A stretch of DNA of 64,000 bases. Source: an uncultured delta proteobacterium. Its GTDB lineage: Bacteria > Desulfobacterota > Desulfomonilia > UBA1062. The stretch's first letter is position 1. Every line of letters starts with the position of its first letter. The stretch lies in contig CAVVYZ010000017.1 in the NCBI GenBank assembly GCA_963752595.1, positions 128,001 through 192,000 on the forward strand. The letters run 5' to 3'. The notes beneath the pieces were generated by a model. It did not search any database, was not told where the DNA came from, and saw only the letters and a program-made list of their open reading frames with translations. The translations under genes and the position numbers were made by a program. Positions 56,931-64,000 of this stretch are shown in pieces.

Positions 56931-56956
56931 AGAGGGGTCGCACATGCGGCCCCTCT
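56931..56956. other. GC-rich stem-loop after the multicopper oxidase gene
   Basis: AGAGGGGTCGCA-CA-TGCGGCCCCTCT; no U-tract in the operon direction. Confidence 0.55.
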
Positions 56957-56973
56957 TTGCATTCATGCCGATA

Positions 56974-58838
56974 CTATGGACAGCCGTCCGGCCCTGCACA
57001 GGCGCAGTTGTTTGTTGCCGGGTCGTTCACGCAGTACGGCCTCATCATCTCATGATCTTCATGAGAGAGGATATGGCAGTGCCAGACATACTCACCTGCA
57101 ATGTCGAACTTGGCAATGATACGGGTTACCGAACCCGGATTCATTACAATGGTATCCTTCCATCCTTTTTCGTTGTCAGGTGGCTGAACGGGGCTGCCGA
57201 CAAGCTGAATATTCGTCAGCGATCCATTACCGGCCTGGTCGGCAGTGAATTCCTGCCGGTCCAGGACCTGGAACTGGACGAGATGCAAGTGGATGGGATG
57301 GGCATCCGGGGTCGTGTTATATATCTCCCAGATTTCAGTGGAGCCAAGTTCGGGATTCTCTGTGATCGGTGACCTGTATTGAAGCGCACCGTCAGCTACT
57401 GTTCCCAATAGAGGCTCCAGACGGCCATATCCGTTCGTTGCCTCGGCCAGGATAAGCTGTCGCGGGGGTAATGATGTTGATAGTGGTGGTATGGGCGTAG
57501 TGCGCAGCTGAGTTGGTACCGTGCCCGGCACCACGGGGGTTGAAGCAACCCGGAAGGCCATGATCCGGCCCCCGTCCTGGGGTCAACCGGGGCCCCGGTC
57601 GGGAAAGGTACATTAGCATCGTTGGTGAGGATCAGCGTATTGCCGGCAAAGGTCGAGAAATCAACCAGTACATCCATCCTCTCGCCCGGTCCCATGAGCA
57701 GGCGCTGCGGCGATGCAATCGTCACCGGTGCATTGAGCAGGCCTCCATCAGTGCCTATCTGGACGAAGGCAGGGCCCGGTTGATTGGTGTTCTTGACCAA
57801 GAGAGCTGTATTATAGAAACGAGAGTCTGATCCATTCAAGAGATGCAGGCGGTACTGCCTGGGCTTCACATCGAGGACCGGCCATGCCTTTCCGTTGACG
57901 AGGATGAAGTCACCGAAAAACTCGGGCTGGGCGCTTGGAGCGCCACCGGGGAGAAGAGACGGCTGGGTCGGATAATACAACTGCCCGTTCGGAGTGAACA
58001 TCCGGTCCTGAATGACGAGAAGGACTTCATACGGATACTTGGGAAGATTGAGGGCAGCCTCCTTAGCATCACGAATCAGGCAGAATCCGGCAAGTCCGGC
58101 ATACACGTTCAAACGCGTGAGTCCCAGGGCATGATCGTGATACCAGATAGTCGCAGCCTCCTGGTCCATCGGGTAATTGTAGACCTCGTTGAAAAGCCTT
58201 CCCTTCTGCGCATATCCAGGGGTAAACCATGCATCCGGCAGGCCGTCACTGAGCGATTCGGTATGGCCGCCATGGAGGTGCATGCATATGGGCACAGGTC
58301 CCAGATAGGGGCCGGGCACCCTGTTTGGAGGGTCATTAAACGGGTCTGCCCAGTCCAGTGTCGAATCCACAGGAAGGAGATGCGGTAACGGATTTCCAAG
58401 GGTATCGACGAGGTTGTTCTTCCATCTGACTGTGATCGGCTTGGACGGATTTGCCCCTTTATCGATCAGAAAGGTACGGCCTGGATAGGTCGGTGACTGC
58501 GTCTTCGAACCATAACCCCAGACAGTCGTCTGCATGGGCGCCATGGTCTTGAGATTGACGAGTCCGAGGTTCTGCTTGAACTGGTATGCCCCGATCTCAT
58601 AATGAGACCCGCCGGGTGTTGTGGGCTGCCATATAAAGCCGGGACTGAGCGGGTTGGGGCACTGGTTCAGGAACTTCGGCTGAGCCACTGCATCGAGTAC
58701 GCATACCCCATTAGGGTCAAGCACCGATCCCGTCGGGCACACAGGTTGCGCACTGACTATGAGAGGCAGGGAAAAGGCCATGGCCGGCAGAAATAAAAGC
58801 CATATAAGGCTCTTCAGCATATTATTTCGCAGCATCAT
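56974..58838 (-). CDS. Multicopper oxidase (CotA/bilirubin oxidase-like), frameshift near 57570
   Basis: All four Cu motifs present: HLHG, WYHDH, HPIHLH, HCHILSHEDHEMM; N-terminal signal peptide. Confidence 0.93.
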
Positions 58839-59211
58839 GAGATAACCTCCTATTATTATTACGCAATATAATTATAATTTAAAATTGGATGAACGTGTTG
58901 GTAAATGCCTGCAGACTCTAAGGAATAATCAATAACCATGATCAGGTAAATCTCAATAAGCAAATCTTCTGCGTGGGCTGCACATAAAAATATTTCTGTG
59001 GATTCGCATGGAAAAAATATAATGAATTGTTGATATAGGTATGATACCAACAGGTACTCTTGAAAAGGATGTCACAGGTGTGCATCGCATGAGGACACAC
59101 GGAAAACTTCGGCAGAGATGACCGGGGAAGCAACCCGGGCCGGCTGCGAAAAGGAGTTTTGGGCATTATGAACCGAAACAGCAGGGCGTATCCGGAAAAG
59201 ATGGTGCCGGC

Positions 59212-60342
59212 TTGCTGAAAATCCTCTCTTCATTGAAGTTCACGGTAATGCTTTTCTTCAGTATTGCCCTGCTCTGCCTGGTCGGGACCATCTTCCCCCA
59301 GGAAGGTACCGTGATGCCTTTCGGGCACGGGTGGGTCTCCGGGATACTATCTCTACTCAGTCCCTATGACATCTTTCATTCGATCTGGTTCATGACCCTC
59401 GGATTTCTGCTCTGTGTCAATCTCGTGCTGTGCATGAGGCGGAGGATATATTTGCGCAGGAGAAGTCTCCTGATGCTGCTCCTGCACGGCAGCATTCTCG
59501 TGATCATTGGTGGATTTGCCCTCGGCGCCTTCGGCCTGGACGGTTTTATGGATATTCCGGAGGGAACAGCCGTATCCGGGGTGGTTTTGAAGGGAGGAGC
59601 CTTCAAAGACCTCGGTTTCTCTGTCCGGTGCGATCGGTTCACGGTGGATTATCACGAAAACGGCATGCCGAAGGAATTCGTGTCCGGTCTGACCTTCATG
59701 AAAAACGGCCAGGCGGTCGGTCAGGCACAGGTGAGCGTCAACCACCCGGCCCGTTTCTCCTGCTTCGGCTTCTATCAGGAGAGTTACCGGCAGGTCTTGT
59801 CCGCAACCTTGACTGTCTCCGAAGATGAGACAAAGATGACGGTCAAGGCATCCGAGGGCGATATCATCCCTCTTTCACGCGCAGGCACCCAGGCCAGAGT
59901 AGTAAAAGTCTGGGATGACCTCATGGAGGCAGGGCCTGCTGTGAAGCTCTTGATCGAAGATTCCTCAGGGGTGCGGTACCTGTGGGTGTTCAAAAATATA
60001 GACTTGATCAGGAGCCAGGCATCTGATCTCTTTGAAAGGGCACCGGAGCTCAACCCTTCGGCAGTCAGGCCCTACACGTTCTCGGTTGAAGAGACGGCTG
60101 CCTCGTACATAACAGGCATCAGGGTCAAGCGGGACCCGGGTACCCCTGTGGCAGCATTTGGCGGGGCGGTATTTCTCGTCAGTCTGATGCTTGTCTCCTT
60201 TACTCCGCGTACCAGGAAGGGGACAGGACCGGATTCCTCACGCGGGGATGCTGCCGAGACCGGCATACACCCGGGCCAGGATCAGGAAGGCCCTGCAGAG
60301 GATCTCGCGAAGGCCGGCAGAGGCAGAGAGGGCGAGGATTGA
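59212..60342 (+). CDS. resB: Cytochrome c biogenesis protein ResB (system II)
   Basis: LSSLK, GTIFPQ, S.WF, LH.SI, VNHP, YQ.SY, DPG. Confidence 0.88.
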   Translation: MLKILSSLKFTVMLFFSIALLCLVGTIFPQEGTVMPFGHGWVSGILSLLSPYDIFHSIWFMTLGFLLCVNLVLCMRRRIYLRRRSLLMLLLHGSILVIIGGFALGAFGLDGFMDIPEGTAVSGVVLKGGAFKDLGFSVRCDRFTVDYHENGMPKEFVSGLTFMKNGQAVGQAQVSVNHPARFSCFGFYQESYRQVLSATLTVSEDETKMTVKASEGDIIPLSRAGTQARVVKVWDDLMEAGPAVKLLIEDSSGVRYLWVFKNIDLIRSQASDLFERAPELNPSAVRPYTFSVEETAASYITGIRVKRDPGTPVAAFGGAVFLVSLMLVSFTPRTRKGTGPDSSRGDAAETGIHPGQDQEGPAEDLAKAGRGREGED

Positions 60343-61142
60343 GAAGCGGGATCATCATCGGCATGGTGACCTTCATCTACCTCGGGTCGTTCTCCCTGTC
60401 GCTGGTAAGCCTGATATCCGGGAAGGAAGCCCTGGCATGCCTTGCCTTCTTCGGCGCCATGGGCGGGTTTCTGATGCATACGGCAGGAATTCTCCTGCGG
60501 TGGCATGAATCCTATTCTCTGGGAATCGGCCATGTACCACTGGCAAATTTTTATGAGTCCCTTGTATTCTTTTCCTGGGCAATTGTCCTGATTTCATTCC
60601 TCGGCATCAAAGGCAGGATAAGAGATCCGATGCCGGCCTTTGTCATGCCTGCGGCTGCCCTGATGCTCGGCTATGCGTCGTTTTCGCCCGGCATAGAGAA
60701 CAGCATCCAGCCCCTCATCCCTGCGCTGAAGAGCAATTGGCTCGCCATCCACGTCATCACCTGTTTTCTTGGCTATGCATGCTTATCAATGGCCACGGTC
60801 TTTGGATTGATTATGTTGAGAGGGAGCAGCGTGTCATCCGGTGAGAAAACCTCGGGTCTGATCTTCTACCGCTGCGTGATCATCGGGTTCATATTCTTCG
60901 CCGTGGGCATCCTGACCGGATCTGTGTGGGCTCAGGTCGCATGGGGAAGGTACTGGGGATGGGACCCGAAGGAGACGTGGGCGCTCATTACCTGGCTCGT
61001 CTATGCAGCCGTGCTCCATGAGAGGATAAGGGGCGGCGGGATGACAAGGAGGGTCGCCGTGCTCGCACTGATAGGATTTTTAAGCATTCTGTTCACGTAT
61101 TTCGGGGTAAACTATCTCCCGGGGCTGCATGGTTATTTCTGA
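60339..61142 (+). CDS. ccsA: Cytochrome c biogenesis protein CcsA/ResC
   Basis: P.L.S.WL.IHV, WWD motif GSVWAQVAWGRYWGWDPKETW, GVN....LH. Confidence 0.95.
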   Translation: MRSGIIIGMVTFIYLGSFSLSLVSLISGKEALACLAFFGAMGGFLMHTAGILLRWHESYSLGIGHVPLANFYESLVFFSWAIVLISFLGIKGRIRDPMPAFVMPAAALMLGYASFSPGIENSIQPLIPALKSNWLAIHVITCFLGYACLSMATVFGLIMLRGSSVSSGEKTSGLIFYRCVIIGFIFFAVGILTGSVWAQVAWGRYWGWDPKETWALITWLVYAAVLHERIRGGGMTRRVAVLALIGFLSILFTYFGVNYLPGLHGYF

Positions 61143-61274
61143 CCACGTCATCCGGGAGAACCCGGCAGAGGTATGTGCAGGCCCTTTCCCCTGTATATGA
61201 TTCAGGCAGCCGGGCCAAGATAGTACGGGTTCGATCCCCCTACCTTCATTCATGCAGCTTCCTGATCGCATGCT

Positions 61275-62102
61275 TCAGTTTTGCACAGTTTCCTGGTCAG
61301 GGAAATCCGGCTTCTTTTTCGAGAGAAAAGCCGTAATTCCGTAGATGCATTCACCGCTCGCAATCAGGTCAACCGCCTCTTGCGTCTCCAGGGCTAACGC
61401 CTTGTCATAGGGCAGGTCAGGGGTGGATCTGATAACTTTCAGGGCATGGCGTACCGAGAGGGGGCCGTTTTCTGCAATAACCATAGCGAGTGCGAGAGCT
61501 TCTTCACATGCCTTGCCAGGCGAACTGATGCGGTTGACCAGGCCGAGCGACAGAGCCTCCTGCGCATCTACTTTCCTGCCCGATAGGATCAGGTCCGCAG
61601 CTCTTGCAGGGCCGATGAGCCTCGTGAGCCCGACAACTCCCCCATGATCCGGCATGAGGCCGAGCTTTACCTCCGAGAAGCAGAACACCGCTCCCGGGTC
61701 CATGACCCTCAGGTCGCACCGGGAAGCGATCTCTGCCCCGCCGCCATAGGCAAGGCCGTTGACTGCAGCGATCACGGGCACGGGAAGCAGGACAAGACTG
61801 TCGGTCGTTGTCCTGACGAGGCGTATGAGATCCATGGCAGGTCCCTTCTCATGCTTCTGGACTGCGTCGATAAGACTGGTAACCTGAGGATTCTCCGGGC
61901 TTACGTCAAAGCCTGCGCTGAATGCTTCGATCCCGGCTCCCGTAACGACAACGGCGCGGGGCATGAGGTTTTTGAGGTCGGATACTACCTTCCCAAGAGA
62001 AGCCCACATGCGCTCGTCAAAGGCATTCTTCTTTTCCGGCCGGTTGAATGTTACGACCGCAATCTTGCCGGTACGCTCCAGGAGCACTCCGTAACCTGAC
62101 AT
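61275..62102 (-). CDS. Enoyl-CoA hydratase/isomerase
   Basis: NRP.K.NA, FSAG.D, NG.A.GGG.E, E..LG..P..GG. Confidence 0.93.
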   Translation of the reverse strand: MSGYGVLLERTGKIAVVTFNRPEKKNAFDERMWASLGKVVSDLKNLMPRAVVVTGAGIEAFSAGFDVSPENPQVTSLIDAVQKHEKGPAMDLIRLVRTTTDSLVLLPVPVIAAVNGLAYGGGAEIASRCDLRVMDPGAVFCFSEVKLGLMPDHGGVVGLTRLIGPARAADLILSGRKVDAQEALSLGLVNRISSPGKACEEALALAMVIAENGPLSVRHALKVIRSTPDLPYDKALALETQEAVDLIASGECIYGITAFLSKKKPDFPDQETVQN

Positions 62103-62125
62103 TGGGCATGCCTCCTTTTATTGCT

Positions 62126-62680
62126 CTAGAACGCTTCTCCGAATTTGTCGCGGTACAGGAAGCCGGAGAGCTCCTTGCGGGGCGGCCCTGATTTGGGCGG
62201 TGCGGCGGGCTTGCCGATCGGCAGCACGGCAACGACCTCATAGCCTTCGGGCACGCTCAGGAGCTTCCTGCAAGCCTCGTGGTCCATGAGCCCCACCACA
62301 ACCGTTCCCAGTCCCATGGCATGGGCCTTGAGGCTTATGTTCTGGACCGCTATCCCCAGGTCGAACATATACCAGTTGGAGAGCTTGGTGACGTTTTTGC
62401 CTCCGTAGCAGCCGGATACGCCGGTCTTTGCACAGGCTACAATGAGGACCGATGCGGAGAGCGATCCTTTGGTGGCCGGATTCTTCTCGGCATAGGTGCC
62501 GACTACTTTTTCAATAAGACCTGAGTCCCTGACCGCGATAAATTCCCAAACCTGGGTATTGGCCCAGGATGGAGCCCATCTCGCTGCCTCGATGAGAGAC
62601 CTGATCTCCTGGTCGCTCACGACATAGTCGGTATATTTCCTTACGCTTCTCCTTCCAACGATTGCCTCATCGAGCTCCAT
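62126..62680 (-). CDS. Nitroreductase family protein
   Basis: RRSVRKY, APS..N.Q.W.F, D.GIA.QN..L.A...GLGT. Confidence 0.93.
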   Translation of the reverse strand: MELDEAIVGRRSVRKYTDYVVSDQEIRSLIEAARWAPSWANTQVWEFIAVRDSGLIEKVVGTYAEKNPATKGSLSASVLIVACAKTGVSGCYGGKNVTKLSNWYMFDLGIAVQNISLKAHAMGLGTVVVGLMDHEACRKLLSVPEGYEVVAVLPIGKPAAPPKSGPPRKELSGFLYRDKFGEAF

Positions 62681-62919
62681 ACATCCCTCCTGCTTCATTA
62701 TGGCTTTGATCCGTATATCAGGAATGATACACGTTCGTAGTGATATTTTCCACTGATTTCAATGGCTCGGATGAAGGAATGTGATATTCCCGAGTAAGAA
62801 ACAATGATCGGGTAAAAGTTTCTCAAGGGCATAAAGGCATTGTCTGGGAGATACGAAGTGTGGCAAAGTAAAGGGTGCTAAAGCGAAATTGGTAAAAGCT
62901 CTGGTCCGGAGGTTGCGGC

Positions 62920-64000
62920 ATGAGGATTCTTATCATCGATCCCGTGGGCGGGATCAGCGGTGACATGCTGTTGGGGAGCCTGATTCACCTCGGGTGCCCG
63001 GTGGACTACCTGAAAGGAATCTTCGATATCCTTCCCCTCGGCGGGTTTTCCTTGGAGACATCTCACCGCCCTGTCCATGGGATCGATGCGCTGGACCTGA
63101 CGTTTACCTGTGCAGAAGAGACCCATGAACACAGGACCTATGCCCTTATCAGGGATACGATCCTTGCCCCGCTTTCCGTCCCGGTAAGAGACAGGGCTGT
63201 CACGGTATTCAAAGTCCTGGCCGAAGCCGAGGCAGAAGTGCATGGTGTCGGTGTGGATGAAGTACATTTTCACGAGGTGGGAGCCGTGGATTCTATCCTG
63301 GATATCGTGGGCATCTCTGCGGCCCTTGAATATTTTGCAGCAGATGCCCTCTACAGCCTCACCGTTCCTCTCGGCACGGGCATGACGAAATCCATGCACG
63401 GAACCATTCCCCTGCCCGCTCCTGCAACCATAAAACTCCTCCAAGGCAGGCACGTCAGGTTCACCGACATCTCCTCAGAGCTCACCACGCCCACCGGTGC
63501 TGCCGTCATTGCTGCGCTTGCGGAAAAAGGCGGCCCTCCGTCAGACCTCACGGTCCGATCCGTGGGCTACGGGTGCGGCAAACGGCAGATTCCCGGCTGG
63601 CCCAACCTCTGCCGCACGATCCTGTGCGAATCTCGGTCGGCGGAGCCGGGGCTGCAGGCATACCTGGTGGAAGCAGATGTGGACGATATGATCCCGGAGG
63701 ACACCGAGGCTGCCCTGGCGAGGCTGTACGATGCAGGCGTGCGCGATGCGGGCCTGACGCCCAAGATCATGAAGCGGGGCAGGCCGGGCTTCTGCATACA
63801 GGCGATCTGCACCCTTGAGCACCTTGATGATGTCCTGAATTGCCTGCTGGCGCATACCACTTCCATCGGCGTCCGCTACCACCCGGTTGAAAGACGGGTG
63901 CTTGAGCGGAGCGTTTACCGCATCAGCACATCCCTGGGCGAGGTCAATGTCAAGGAGAGCAGGCTTCCGGACGGTTCAAAACGCATCAAGCCCGAATATC
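62920..64000 (+). CDS. larC: Nickel pincer cofactor biosynthesis protein LarC (runs off the window end)
   Basis: Not in the ORF track; ATG 62920 reads MRILIIDPVGGISGDM, AEA.VHG, VHFHEVGAVDSI.D, PAPAT, ELTTPTGAA, DDM, MKRGRPG, KPEY. Confidence 0.93.
   Translation, partial: MRILIIDPVGGISGDMLLGSLIHLGCPVDYLKGIFDILPLGGFSLETSHRPVHGIDALDLTFTCAEETHEHRTYALIRDTILAPLSVPVRDRAVTVFKVLAEAEAEVHGVGVDEVHFHEVGAVDSILDIVGISAALEYFAADALYSLTVPLGTGMTKSMHGTIPLPAPATIKLLQGRHVRFTDISSELTTPTGAAVIAALAEKGGPPSDLTVRSVGYGCGKRQIPGWPNLCRTILCESRSAEPGLQAYLVEADVDDMIPEDTEAALARLYDAGVRDAGLTPKIMKRGRPGFCIQAICTLEHLDDVLNCLLAHTTSIGVRYHPVERRVLERSVYRISTSLGEVNVKESRLPDGSKRIKPEY

Noticed and set aside
61224-61242. tRNA remnant (CGGGTTCGATCCC)
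   Set aside because: Short T-loop-like match with no acceptor stem or CCA; could be chance.

Overview
A 64-kb stretch of a bacterial chromosome whose gene order (pgpA-cinA-thpR-recA-pilT-recX-alaS; TPR/AMIN amidase-SPOR-xerD-DHH/CBS nucleotidyltransferase) points to an anaerobic Desulfobacterota (deltaproteobacterium); this taxonomy is inferred. It has three parts. (1) 1-28.2 kb is mostly housekeeping, with tRNA-Gly, tRNA-Ala, and an orphan flgL-fliW pair whose FlgL carries a DUF2793-like insert. (2) 28.2-46.15 kb is an integrase-less island bounded by an 18-bp direct repeat of the tRNA-Ala 3' end, with an IHF site and a shared 10-bp arm-like repeat. It encodes a probably sigma54-controlled catabolic operon: acyl-CoA dehydrogenase, two SCP2 lipid carriers, aldehyde:ferredoxin oxidoreductase, CoA ligase, a four-subunit Bcr/Hgd-type ATP-dependent radical enzyme, a CooC-like ATPase and a TPR protein. 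(3) 46.2-64 kb holds a PEP-CTERM gene and a long copper-related operon (multicopper oxidase, CusBA without CusC, two NosL, a LolDE-like ABC transporter and a Cys/His-motif membrane protein, no nosZ), then resB/ccsA, a crotonase, a nitroreductase and a partial larC. At least 11 frameshifts, one in essential alaS, suggest indel errors in the assembly. All product calls come from motif recognition; no database search was run.
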